Positions 10,201 to 19,334 of a stretch of 64,000 nucleotides of DNA are shown here, in pieces. Below the pieces are notes generated by a model, which worked only from the letters and a program-made list of their open reading frames with translations, was not told where the DNA came from and did not search any database. The DNA comes from a virus. The stretch spans positions 192,001 through 256,000 of the IMG/VR virus record IMGVR_UViG_3300045988_171958; one strand, written 5' to 3'. Made by a program: the position numbers and the translations under genes. Within the stretch, counting starts at the first letter, position 1; the number at the start of each line of letters is the position of its first letter.

Positions 10201-11256
10201 ACGATTGTGACCAACATCAGAACCATCACTTTCAACATGAGTATTGTCATAAGGAGTAGAATCCGAAGTAGAGATCCAACGAGCACCTGACATGTCGATG
10301 TTAGCAGTACCATATTCATAAAGCATATCTTCATTGAAGCTCATCATCATGTGGTGTGCATCAGAATCAAGATTGAATATGATATCAAGAGAAGCATAGT
10401 TGCCATTCTTATCCTTGAAATATGGGATCAAACAGCCCACATAATGACCAATAGCACCACTTGTCTCATCTTCAAAAAGATAATCAAGGGTATCATTGTA
10501 ATCACCAAAGCTGTCCTTTACATATTGACGAAGCTTCAACTTACCATTTTTATCTACAATAAAGTAATTCTTTAAAGTTTCAGAAGCAAGAACTTGATCA
10601 GCAGTAAACTTACCACTGAATACATAAACCTCAGCAAAGAATGCTGACATAAGTTCATTTTCATAACCTTCGAGGAATTCAGGAACAGCTTCACCTGCAT
10701 CCTTATACCAATCACTTACTGTAACATTATAAGAACTTACTTTGCTACCACTGGCCTTACGAATGAAGAAAGTACCAGAATTAGCTTTTACATCGGTAGT
10801 AGCGATATTAATATATTCTGATCCACGTACTTCATTAAGCTTTTCTGGGTCTAATGACCAGAAACGAGTAGTATCGTAAACATCTGCCACAGGAATCTGT
10901 ACTGTATCAATAGTATCCTTCGCATTGAAGTTAGTATTGATTTGAGCACCTGTAACATTTTCTGTATCAAACTTCTTCAAGTTCAAACAAAGAATAGGAG
11001 ATACACTCAACATCTGTAAAGCAGTACGGTGGAAGAAATTACCACGACGCTCTTGTGTCTTGTTGATATTACCGTACATTGCGATAAAATCAGCAGCACT
11101 TTGGATATAAGTAGGAATGTTGAATGGACCCTTATCAGAATATCCAACAAGTAAACGAAGAACATTTGTATCCTGGTTCAATACAGTTGACCTGTCAAAG
11201 ACAATTCTGTACAGCCCAGCCGCTTTTATATTTTGCAAATAAACTGGTATTGCCAT
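7285..11256 (-). CDS. contractile tail sheath protein, greatly expanded (1323 aa)
   Basis: The C-terminal about 200 aa (GVNCMVYRPSFGTFINANQT..ALSSVNVRELVIYIMDEVEKIL..FNNQTVRNKIK..ANGGIQAY.V.DDSNNTPDIIDNEMAILSTHIEPGRGMGKMV) match the conserved sheath C-terminal domain pattern. The N-terminus is sheath-like. Confidence 0.8.
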   Translation of the reverse strand: MAIPVYLQNIKAAGLYRIVFDRSTVLNQDTNVLRLLVGYSDKGPFNIPTYIQSAADFIAMYGNINKTQERRGNFFHRTALQMLSVSPILCLNLKKFDTENVTGAQINTNFNAKDTIDTVQIPVADVYDTTRFWSLDPEKLNEVRGSEYINIATTDVKANSGTFFIRKASGSKVSSYNVTVSDWYKDAGEAVPEFLEGYENELMSAFFAEVYVFSGKFTADQVLASETLKNYFIVDKNGKLKLRQYVKDSFGDYNDTLDYLFEDETSGAIGHYVGCLIPYFKDKNGNYASLDIIFNLDSDAHHMMMSFNEDMLYEYGTANIDMSGARWISTSDSTPYDNTHVESDGSDVGHNRAKIYKQYGTSIVCIDRLWKGTALTSLLGNVGAPVVSAKTHFRTNIWSDEDTIKHPLSYKKTKKISGNMYVQSWTDKGIILGAVGSTQRITIDLSMVDKPNVNYVLYELGAAYKKTVDGETTYVSFESGLGTVYTSTDAYNKPENVDGPKRVITSLSRDLDSTNDAMVILSSEVVKCNIEDVYITTKTEYLNPDTLIDTTNKYASWNVYGPSVTFIPLNEHWTLSADVYDEEDEDAVHTYHLTAPATADTTILAMLQKGDQFLAVDGKIDMDGDGDYSDEVINGYYDLCYVQEAETITDEYGNPKTYSIKFTGNIATYEGASKSDKDVTISNGEYKLLDTEEQKLYNPKNWAVSYNHVGPRTLTAEAYEVAKNKDGFKSSAIVFSKQVTGVEYMLLSANARNMCTKNYHYHKIATTDPSKDNITGAAYKALPDSTKTGDVKADYKYVELDSYTFIYDDIKQLNATADGLKKPIEVLTNDGTFYVDGFANPDLKVDNTNKITANTITLKHDGTDKIGYYVAMYTNPTFDFGQEVVMYTNAEYQKIKPISVEDYGKLSTSEKTAYNSTTAEYTENGTKKTGHYLVGYSTLVANTNEWIKKAAQNATTYGKYLVRIENGLNQEIGTMEPVYLKGYTYEHPKPDGVGQRAKLEWQNFQLSALTEYKGLRTGLLNKSEIDFRYVIDGFETYVDAGAKKVLSYLAKQKQNAFAILNFPSVKTFVKCPYSSFTDAKGVFNVQYVVDGFNKKKAHTTAFSLPSNDEGASFAAFYTPLKLSDGTIDSVVPSAGLVSNLFMEKYNSRLPYEIVAGPNYGAMSVSGLVGPDYNYSGDELNIIEPFGVNCMVYRPSFGTFINANQTAKQTPKSALSSVNVRELVIYIMDEVEKILQSYQWEFNNQTVRNKIKDRADSICARVQANGGIQAYLNVMDDSNNTPDIIDNEMAILSTHIEPGRGMGKMVHELTLYRTGQMNSTILGE

Positions 11257-11330
11257 GTAAATTATTTATGTTTTTATAAAAATAATGTATAAGTACTATT
11301 TTTAATTATAAATCTATATAATGCTTATAA

Positions 11331-12488
11331 ATGAAAACAAATCATGATAAAATTATAGTAAAAATTATTTGTGGACAAAATAAAGGAAATATTTCAAGAT
11401 TTAAAATATCTAAAATAAAAGATAATTATCCAAATATATTAAATTATATAAAAACTAGATATAAAGATAGTAATTCAATAAATGAAACTATTAATAGAAT
11501 GAAATTTGGTGGTCCAGAAATAGTACCAAAATGTCCAGTTTGTGGAAAACCAACAATTTATAAATATAAAAATATATATACATTATATTGTTCTCATGAA
11601 TGTGCTTATAAATCTAAAGAAGTATATGAAAAGAAAAAACAAACTTCATTAAAACATTATGGAGTATCTCACCCAATGAGATCAAAAGAAATAAAAGAAA
11701 AAGTAAAAAATACTAATATTGAAATTTATGGTGCAAAAACATTTGCTGAATCAAAACTTGGTAAAAAATATTTTGAGGAAAATAAAGAATTATTAGTTAA
11801 AAAAACAGAAGAAGGTATATTTAAAAAATATGGTGTTAAAAGTTATCAACAATCAAAAGAATATCAAAATAAAAAAGATGAAATATTAAAAAAAAGAAAA
11901 GAAACAAATTTAAAAAGATTTGGAGAAACTTCTTATTCAAAAACCAATGAATGGAAACAATCTTTTCAAAATAAAAAGCAAGAGATGTTGGAAAAAATGA
12001 AAGAAACATGCCTTAAAAAATATGGAAGAGAATGGTATTTTCAAACAGAAGATTCTAAACAAAAAAATTATATTACACAAAAGAAAAATGGTACATTTGG
12101 AAAATCTAAACCTGAAGTTGAACTTAAAAATTTTCTATTAAATTATTTTCCTGATTTAATATATCAATATAAATCAAAAGAATATCCATGGAAATGTGAT
12201 TATTATATTCCTACATATAAACTTTTTATAGAATTACAAGGTTCTTGGTGTCATGGAAATAAACCTTATGATCCAAATGATGAAGAATGCATTGAATTAG
12301 TTAATTTATGGAAATCAAAGCCAAATGGATTTTATAAAAGAGCATTATATGGATATACAATAGCTGATGTTAAAAAACGTAATTGGGTAAAAACTCATAA
12401 ATTAAATTTTATTGAAATTTTTGATTATTCTGATTTTAATAAAATTCTTAATAATATTAATACATATATCAAAATGCATCAAATGTAA
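11331..12488 (+). mobile_element. free-standing homing-endonuclease-like gene (zinc ribbon + K(K/H)YG repeats + Vsr/PD-(D/E)XK-like C-terminal domain)
   Basis: Lone + strand ORF between the - strand sheath and capsid genes. It has CPVCGK..CSHEC, repeated ..LK(K/H)YG.. modules, and the C-terminal motif CDYYIPTYKLFIELQGSWCHG. It is a paralog of 19321-20427. Confidence 0.65.
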
Positions 12489-12515
12489 ATATTTAAACTA
12501 TTTTGGAATATATAC

Positions 12516-12549
12516 AAAAAGAGAGATTCCTTAAGGAATCTCTCTTTTC
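12516..12549. terminator. bidirectional intrinsic terminator
   Basis: aaaaagagagattccTTAAggaatctctctttt sits between the convergent endonuclease and capsid genes, with an A-run and a T-run flanking it. Confidence 0.75.
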
Positions 12550-12566
12550 TATGTTTACATTTACCA

Positions 12567-14387
12567 TTAGAGCAAACCGAAGTCAGATGAAACAGTAAAT
12601 GTGTAATAACTTTTCTCTGGGAAGAAACCGATATCAGCAATAGCGTAACGGCTATTTACAAGCATCTTAGGTGCCATCGTGCCTTCCGCAATGAGCTGCA
12701 TTTGGTCCGCAAGGATATAAGGCATAAATACTACACCTGGTTCGTTACCAGAACCCTTACGACCAACACAAATACGAGTATCGTTCCAATCCATGTAAGG
12801 ATCTACATAAACCTGAAGACCTGCAATAGTACCAGCTTTGTAGAGGTTAGCAGTTACAGACTGTGTGAATGTATTCTGCATTGGAGCAACTACATACTGA
12901 GCGCAATCTTGAAGTGCTGTAACAACTTGAGTATTTGTAACAACCCAGTTAGCTGGACCACGTCTATTAGTTACCTGAATGAGGTTAGATGCTGCAAGTA
13001 CACGAGAAGCGATACGACGTTGACGAGTATGAAGGTTTTCAGCAGATGTGTTAACTTCTGAGTTCTTGATAGTACCCCAAGTAGCACGAAGATCGTTACC
13101 GAAGATATCTTTGTACTCCTTGATATTCATAGGAAGGTTAGCGAAGTCCTTATCAGCTGTACCCATGTAGAGGTTCAAGTCAACACCTTGATAGTTCTTC
13201 AAGTTCAATGCATTAGTAACACCAAGACGGAATACATGCTCAAGAATACGAGCGTTGATAGACTGGGTGATTTCGTTCTGCATTGCTTCCATAATCTTAG
13301 AAACAGCATTAACGCCGTACAATGGAAGATCCTGAAGTTGCTGACGAGTTACAGCACCTGTTACTTCATAACTACCTACTGTAATCCACTTAGAGAATAG
13401 ACGAAGACCGATAGTGTTACCAGTACCAGTTTCATTCTCAGCACGTGTCATAGGTTCCTTCTTACCAGTAGCGAAGTTAGCAAAACCATCGATGAAGTCA
13501 ACCATTGTCTGAGCGAAGTCAACCTGTACGGCTTTCTTTTCATCATCTGTAAAGTCAGCAATCATATCTGCAGTATCTGCAGTAAATACCGTCAAACCAT
13601 TAGCACCAGTACCAGTAAATGCCTCATTGATAGAGATATCCGTATCATCCTTCTTTGAATCGATAACCTGTACAAGAAGACCACCATCCATACGACCGAA
13701 GCCCTTGAAAATACCTCTTACAGTACCAGCAGCAGTTGTAAATACAAGCTGTGCATCTTCCTTCATTTCAGCATGCTTACGAAGCTTAGCAATTGCAGTA
13801 CCAGGGAGCAATACCTTGAAGTACATTGGCTTGTTCTCACGACCAGCACCAACACCATCAAGACCAGCAATTTCATTTCTACGACCCATCTTACCACCAG
13901 CATAAGGGAAGTCCATATAACTCAAGAGAGCCCAAGGACCCTTAGTAGGAATAGTTGGAACAAGCTCAAGACCAATAGTCATCAAAGCTACGTTCAAAGC
14001 CATAGGAAGTGTAGAAACTGGAATATCACCACTACCAGGAGTCTGATTGAAGAATGCACCTGGATTGATACCAGCTGTAGAACTACCACGACCATCAGCA
14101 CCGTGAGGACCACTAGGAGCGGCAATATTACCCATACCAAGAGTATTAGCTGGAGTAGCATACATAGGACCAACACCAGGACCACCACCAGGAGCACCAG
14201 CTGGAACTGTAACAGGGCTAACACCAGCAGGAGTAGCTACTGCATGAGCACCAAGGTTAGCTTCAAACATTGCGTGTGTTTGGGCATAATCAGATACCCA
14301 ATTCAACTTTTCATTATCTTCAACATGGAACTGCTCAGTAAGCATCTTAGTCCACATTGCTTTGTTCTGATTTTCTGTAATCAACAT
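12567..14387 (-). CDS. major capsid protein (T4 gp23-like, HK97 fold)
   Basis: 606 aa, directly downstream of the prohead protease/scaffold gene. Contains a segment typical of gp23-type capsid proteins (PMALNVALMTIGLELVPTIPTKGPWALLSYMDFPY) and a glycine-rich insertion. Confidence 0.75.
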   Translation of the reverse strand: MLITENQNKAMWTKMLTEQFHVEDNEKLNWVSDYAQTHAMFEANLGAHAVATPAGVSPVTVPAGAPGGGPGVGPMYATPANTLGMGNIAAPSGPHGADGRGSSTAGINPGAFFNQTPGSGDIPVSTLPMALNVALMTIGLELVPTIPTKGPWALLSYMDFPYAGGKMGRRNEIAGLDGVGAGRENKPMYFKVLLPGTAIAKLRKHAEMKEDAQLVFTTAAGTVRGIFKGFGRMDGGLLVQVIDSKKDDTDISINEAFTGTGANGLTVFTADTADMIADFTDDEKKAVQVDFAQTMVDFIDGFANFATGKKEPMTRAENETGTGNTIGLRLFSKWITVGSYEVTGAVTRQQLQDLPLYGVNAVSKIMEAMQNEITQSINARILEHVFRLGVTNALNLKNYQGVDLNLYMGTADKDFANLPMNIKEYKDIFGNDLRATWGTIKNSEVNTSAENLHTRQRRIASRVLAASNLIQVTNRRGPANWVVTNTQVVTALQDCAQYVVAPMQNTFTQSVTANLYKAGTIAGLQVYVDPYMDWNDTRICVGRKGSGNEPGVVFMPYILADQMQLIAEGTMAPKMLVNSRYAIADIGFFPEKSYYTFTVSSDFGLL

Positions 14388-14473
14388 GTTTATTACTAGA
14401 AATATGATTTTGTTATAATTCTTTTTCTTTTAGAATTTAGTAAAAATAAATTGTTCCTCCACCTTTTAGACAT

Positions 14474-16051
14474 TTAACGTAAAGCCATCATCTGAGCAGC
14501 GATACTAGACATATAGCTATCTACAGGGTTTTGGTTATGATTCTCGTTGATATTCTGTACTGGCTTCTCATTGAAATCAATACCAGCCCAGAAGCTTTCC
14601 ATTACACCAGTCTTAGTAAAGTCATAAGCACGAGACTGTAGAGCTATTTCATCCTTCTTTTGCTCGCTCAATCCTTCGAACATTGGACGGTACTCATTTG
14701 GCATGTTTACAATAGCATAGCAAGTTGCATACTTACCAAGATTCTTCTCTTGCTGTTCCTTCAACATCTGAATCTCATTTTCTTTAGAACCTTGACCACT
14801 TTCAAGCATCTCAAGCATTCTATCGATATTGTCGAACTTGTCATTAGACTTAGATTCGATATATTCAGAAACATTCTCATTAATCTTGTTACTCAATTCT
14901 TTACCAAATTGCTCAGTAATCCAATTCTGTAGTTCATCAGAGTAATTTTCAACAATCCACTTCTGAACCTCAGGAGAATACTGCTCTACAATCCACTTCT
15001 GAACCTCAGATGAATAATTTTCAACAATCCACTTCTGAACCTCAGGTGAATACTGCTCTACAATCCACTTCTGAACCTCAGGAGAATAATGTTCTGTTAC
15101 CCACTTCTGAACTTCTGGAGAATATTGCTCTACTACCCACTTCTGTACTTCAGGAGCAAACTGTTCACATACCCAATTCTGAACAACTGGAGCAAACTCT
15201 TCACTTACCCATTTCTGTACACCATTTGCCATTTCTTGGCTAAATTCAGGTTTGAATTCTTCCTTAATCCAAGATTCAATAGCATCATAGTTAGTAGGCT
15301 TGAATTCAGAAACTTGTTCAGTAAGAGCTTGGATTTGCTCATCCTTTTCGTTGATAGATTCCTTAGCTACATGGAGTTCTGCCTCAAGGCTTTCTACCTT
15401 TTCACTAAGCTTATCAACTGCTTCTTTCAAGTCTTTCATATTTGTTTTATCTTTGTCTTTATCTTTGTTCTTATCTGGATCATCATTCTTGTCGTCTTCT
15501 CCTTCAAGAATTACTGCACACATGGATTCATTCAATGATTCAAACTTCTGATTTTCATCTAGATGTAGACTTGCTTGTGAGAAACCAGGTGTACCAACCA
15601 AGTCATAAGTCTTAAGCATAGTAAGTGTTACATTACCAGATTCATCGATAGAACCAAGAGCACGAGAACTGATATACAAAGGTACACCAGCTTCTACAAT
15701 AGCCTTAGCATTACGACCCTTCTCAGTATCAAGCAGTACAACAGTACCAGTAATAGTACCATCTTCATGCATCTGAACACTTTCGATCTTATGGCTTACA
15801 TTGTTTAAGTTTATGTTCATTGAATTTGGATGTTCAAGTTCACCAAGACAACCTTCTGTTGCTATTGTCTTTTGCAAACTTTCTACCATCTGACCATAAT
15901 TCTCCTTACTATATATTCGATTGTTTCCATTCTTAATACCACAAACACCGAATACACCAGAAAGGCGAATTTCATTGTTGTCAAGAGACTCCTTAACCTT
16001 CATTGCAGTTATGTTGCCAAGTGTCTCATATACTAGACATTTCTTTGCCAT
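14474..16051 (-). CDS. prohead core protease (T4 gp21-like) fused to acidic/coiled-coil scaffold-like region with 12-aa tandem repeats
   Basis: The N-terminal 160 aa align by eye with T4 gp21: NGNNRIYSKENY.. versus NRNKRLYPKRIL, CLGELEHP versus ALGELNHP, YISSRALGS versus GVSSRGLGS. The remainder is a KD-rich linker, a coiled coil, then about 9 x VQKWIVEQYSPE. Confidence 0.85.
   Translation of the reverse strand: MAKKCLVYETLGNITAMKVKESLDNNEIRLSGVFGVCGIKNGNNRIYSKENYGQMVESLQKTIATEGCLGELEHPNSMNINLNNVSHKIESVQMHEDGTITGTVVLLDTEKGRNAKAIVEAGVPLYISSRALGSIDESGNVTLTMLKTYDLVGTPGFSQASLHLDENQKFESLNESMCAVILEGEDDKNDDPDKNKDKDKDKTNMKDLKEAVDKLSEKVESLEAELHVAKESINEKDEQIQALTEQVSEFKPTNYDAIESWIKEEFKPEFSQEMANGVQKWVSEEFAPVVQNWVCEQFAPEVQKWVVEQYSPEVQKWVTEHYSPEVQKWIVEQYSPEVQKWIVENYSSEVQKWIVEQYSPEVQKWIVENYSDELQNWITEQFGKELSNKINENVSEYIESKSNDKFDNIDRMLEMLESGQGSKENEIQMLKEQQEKNLGKYATCYAIVNMPNEYRPMFEGLSEQKKDEIALQSRAYDFTKTGVMESFWAGIDFNEKPVQNINENHNQNPVDSYMSSIAAQMMALR
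14897..15220 (-). repeat. 36-bp in-frame tandem repeat (about 9 units) inside the protease/scaffold gene
   Basis: The repeating DNA unit caatccacttctgaacctcaggagaatactgctcta is visible on the + strand. It encodes VQKW(I/V)VE(Q/N)YSPE units. Confidence 0.9.
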
Positions 16052-16173
16052 TTCGTATTTGATAGGATAAATTTTGACCTATATATTAAATTAGGTTAAT
16101 GTTACTTTTAAAAATAACAGAAGAAAGTAAAGCCTCTATCAAATTACATTTAATTAATAATAAAACAAAATAA

Positions 16174-16203
16174 AAAAGGACAGTAGTTAACTACTGTCCT
16201 TTT
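16174..16203. terminator. bidirectional-type hairpin terminator
   Basis: aaaaggacagtagTTAActactgtcctttt lies downstream of 16206-16487 on the - strand. Confidence 0.65.
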
Positions 16204-16205
16204 GT

Positions 16206-16487
16206 TTAGAATTTAGGAATAGAAATTTTAGGCATAGATGGAGCTGACATCTTAGGCATACTAGGCATCTTAGGCATCATGCCATTGTATCTCTTATCCT
16301 GATCTTTCTGTTCTTTTTCTTCTTTCTTTTGGATATCTTTTATGTTAGCAAGATACTCTTCATATATCCAATAAGGCATTCTAAGTATTTCACTAGGTTG
16401 TATGTGATATTCCCTACAAATAAATAAACTATTTCTTACCGAATTTACGACGCTTACTTTGTATATGGAATAGACCGCTGACTCCAT
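16206..16487 (-). CDS. small hypothetical protein with MPKMPSMPKMSAPSMPK tail (start uncertain; the internal ATG would give 16206-16379)
   Basis: The maximal ORF overlaps the upstream gene by 59 nt, and an alternative Met lies at aa 37. Its position upstream of the protease resembles small prohead-core genes of T4-type phages. That comparison is inference. Confidence 0.4.
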   Translation of the reverse strand: MESAVYSIYKVSVVNSVRNSLFICREYHIQPSEILRMPYWIYEEYLANIKDIQKKEEKEQKDQDKRYNGMMPKMPSMPKMSAPSMPKISIPKF

Positions 16488-17565
16488 TGGGAAATCTGAT
16501 ATCTGAAGTTACCTCCTCTCCACAGCTTGGGCATTTAGTAAGTAATTTAGTCTTAGGAGTAACAATAATATTCTTAAGAACTTCATCCATGAATTCAAAC
16601 TGATCAATAGAAAGAGAATCAAATGCAGTCTTAAGCTGTTTCATCTGTCTCTTACTGATTTCATCATCCTTAGAAATCTTAGGTGTCATCCAAGAAACAA
16701 AACGAATAAATACTGGATCTATCTTTGCATTTCTGTTTTCTTGGAGCTTACGAATCATCCAAGCCTTGATGTTTGCATCCTTTTCCAAAGTTGGTACATA
16801 CAAAGTAATAGGATCACCTTCTACTTCATATTCTGATGGATCAATAGCCCAAGTACGAGAAGTCTGGTCATAATATGAAATTACTTCTTCATCTGGCATA
16901 TCATACATCAATGCATCAGAAGTCAAGTTGAATTCTACTGGAGTTTCACACTCAGGACAATCTTCATAATATGAAATATTTGACTCACCATCTTGGAATG
17001 TGTATTCTCTTACAAGAAGTAAGAAGAAGAATCTGTCCCAAGAGCAGATGTTGTGCCATGGAATAGGACGATCTGTGCTATCCTTAATCTGCAAACAAGT
17101 CTTCAATACCTCATTAAATACTTCATCGATACTATTGCCATTCTGATCATCAATCATAGACCAGTTACGAATAGCTTCTACTGTTGCTGGACGAATATAG
17201 AATGACCAATCTGATGGATAGAAAATATCACGTTCACCTAACAATGTTCTATCAACTGGGAGCCATCCTTCACGAACTCTTGTAGTATCTCCAATTTTCT
17301 GACCAATTCTTGAAAGATTCTGTGATTTGATGAATTCTTTATCACGTTCTCTCTCTTCATTTGACATAGCACCAGGAAGTCTGTTCAACTTCTTTCCTAT
17401 CATTTGAGTAGCCATATTAGTAGAAGGAGCTTCTTCAGCTACATCATATACTTCTTGCTGTACTCCTCCATCTGCTTCAATATTCAAATCATTACCAAGA
17501 TCACCAATTTGTGAAGCTAATGTTTGTTCTGTTTCTTCTTGTGTTTGTTTTCTACGTATTGCCAT
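16429..17565 (-). CDS. hypothetical protein with two CxxC zinc-ribbon knuckles
   Basis: 378-aa ORF with CPECETPVEF and CPSCGEEVTS about 130 aa apart. Function not recognised. Confidence 0.6.
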   Translation of the reverse strand: MAIRRKQTQEETEQTLASQIGDLGNDLNIEADGGVQQEVYDVAEEAPSTNMATQMIGKKLNRLPGAMSNEERERDKEFIKSQNLSRIGQKIGDTTRVREGWLPVDRTLLGERDIFYPSDWSFYIRPATVEAIRNWSMIDDQNGNSIDEVFNEVLKTCLQIKDSTDRPIPWHNICSWDRFFFLLLVREYTFQDGESNISYYEDCPECETPVEFNLTSDALMYDMPDEEVISYYDQTSRTWAIDPSEYEVEGDPITLYVPTLEKDANIKAWMIRKLQENRNAKIDPVFIRFVSWMTPKISKDDEISKRQMKQLKTAFDSLSIDQFEFMDEVLKNIIVTPKTKLLTKCPSCGEEVTSDIRFPNGVSGLFHIQSKRRKFGKK

Positions 17566-17624
17566 ATTTATTAATCAAATTTGATTTTATTTCCTCACTT
17601 AAAAAATAAAGTTATTTTGTTTAG

Positions 17625-19334
17625 TTAAAAGACTTGTTCATATTCGGATGCATGTACTATTACTTGACCCGTACATAAACTTTTCTTAATGTTTTCTTTA
17701 TTGATTTTCTTATTCTTTACACTTACTCTTATCTTATGGTCAAATCTGTCATCAGGCATAGGACCATGATTGATAATTATGATAGTTCTGTTGTTTGCCA
17801 TAGAAGTTTGAAGCATTTCCAACATCATATCTTTCATATTGTCATCCATATTTGAAAAGAGTTCATCAAGTCCTATTATATTAAAATTAACATTTGCAAT
17901 AACATTCTGAAGAATTCCAAATATAATACAAATATCTAAGGTCTTCTTCTGACCAGTTGATAAGTCTTTATATGAAATTTCTTTTTCATTATTATCAATG
18001 AATATGTGGCACTTGAATTCCTGGTCAAACTTGACAGAATAGTTTTGTTCAAGCTTATTGAGATACTTAGATATTGAATTGTTGATATGAGGTATCATAG
18101 AATCAAGCAACTTGTATCGTAATGACTTAGTGAACAATTCTGACAAATCATTCCATTCACCTTGTTCTAATTCATTATCTAATGATTCTTGTTGTAATCT
18201 CTCTAACTTGTCTTTAGCTTCTGATATCAAATTATCAAAATTATCTTTCATTAACTTAAGATTAGAATTGTAAGTTGATACTTTAGTATCAATAGAATGG
18301 ATTTCAGATTTGATATCAGAAATCAATGTATCATATTTCTTGTTTACTATATCTATCTTATCATTTATAGATAGAATTTCTTTAGATACTTCTTCTATCT
18401 TATCATTCCAATCATGCCAAACTTTAGCATAATCATTCATTTTATTGAGATATTCATCTATTTTTGATTTCTCAATATCATGACCACATGTAGGACATTT
18501 ACCTGATTTGAATTTCTCATACATCTGTTTCTGTTGCTTTCCTAAAGTAGCTGCTTCTGTACGCTTATCAACAAATTCAGATTTCTTTTTCTCTAATTCT
18601 CTTTTTTGCTCTACTATTGTATCAACTTTTTGCTTATGTTCTTCTTTTACAGATTTTCCTTGTTCAATCAAGTCATTTCTTCGCTTGTCCAATCCTGTTA
18701 TATCTATTGATGTAGCAAGTTTCTGTTGCTGATTTTCTTTCTTCTTTTTTAAAGATTCTATCTGATTAGAAGTTTCTTGTATCAATGCTTGCAATTCTGT
18801 TCCTCTTTTTGCAACATCTCTTCTTTCTTCAACTACTTCATCATTATAAGTAGTAAAAGTCTTAAAACCAAATACATCATCCAAAAAGCATTTTGTTTGA
18901 AATGGGTTCATGCTTGCTAATGACATAAACTGGTTGAACGATATGATGCACATTCTTTCTATTGCAATTCTTGGTACATCATAATATTCTTCTAGGATTT
19001 TCTGATAATCATTCTTAGATGGTGCTTGCAAATCCTTTCCGTCTATTTTTGCTACCATTTCAGAATAACAAGATCTAGAAATATAAATATCATGCTTTCC
19101 AGAAGTAAGCCATAATTCAACTTTATAGTCTTTAGTATTCCAAGCAATCAAATTTGGGTTCTTATGATCTTTTATGGTACCATAAAGACCAAATAGAATA
19201 GAATTTAATAGCATGGTTTTTCCACTTCCAATAGGACCAGAAAGCTTAATCATTCCCTTTAATTCATTAAAATTAAATTCATGAACCCCATATAAAGATC
19301 CAAAATTTTTTATTCTTATTTTATTTATTATCAT
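17625..19334 (-). CDS. SbcC/Rad50-like recombination ATPase (T4 gp46-like)
   Basis: Walker A GPIGSGKT, a long central coiled coil with zinc hook CPTCGH, signature LSTGQKKT, and Walker B IIGLDELF. Confidence 0.8.
   Translation of the reverse strand: MIINKIRIKNFGSLYGVHEFNFNELKGMIKLSGPIGSGKTMLLNSILFGLYGTIKDHKNPNLIAWNTKDYKVELWLTSGKHDIYISRSCYSEMVAKIDGKDLQAPSKNDYQKILEEYYDVPRIAIERMCIISFNQFMSLASMNPFQTKCFLDDVFGFKTFTTYNDEVVEERRDVAKRGTELQALIQETSNQIESLKKKKENQQQKLATSIDITGLDKRRNDLIEQGKSVKEEHKQKVDTIVEQKRELEKKKSEFVDKRTEAATLGKQQKQMYEKFKSGKCPTCGHDIEKSKIDEYLNKMNDYAKVWHDWNDKIEEVSKEILSINDKIDIVNKKYDTLISDIKSEIHSIDTKVSTYNSNLKLMKDNFDNLISEAKDKLERLQQESLDNELEQGEWNDLSELFTKSLRYKLLDSMIPHINNSISKYLNKLEQNYSVKFDQEFKCHIFIDNNEKEISYKDLSTGQKKTLDICIIFGILQNVIANVNFNIIGLDELFSNMDDNMKDMMLEMLQTSMANNRTIIIINHGPMPDDRFDHKIRVSVKNKKINKENIKKSLCTGQVIVHASEYEQVF

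Noticed and set aside
7339-10575. Numerous 60-200 aa track ORFs antisense to, or out of frame with, the sheath, capsid, protease, gp46, giant, terminase and portal genes (for example 8821-9417, 13773-14399, 15089-15538, 57933-58703).
   Set aside because: They lie entirely within much longer ORFs that carry recognisable protein motifs. They have low-complexity, hydrophobic or odd compositions typical of antisense frames in AT-rich DNA.
14897-15220. The regular 36-bp repeats might be a CRISPR array.
   Set aside because: The repeats are directly tandem with no spacers. They are in frame inside a long ORF and encode a 12-aa protein repeat.
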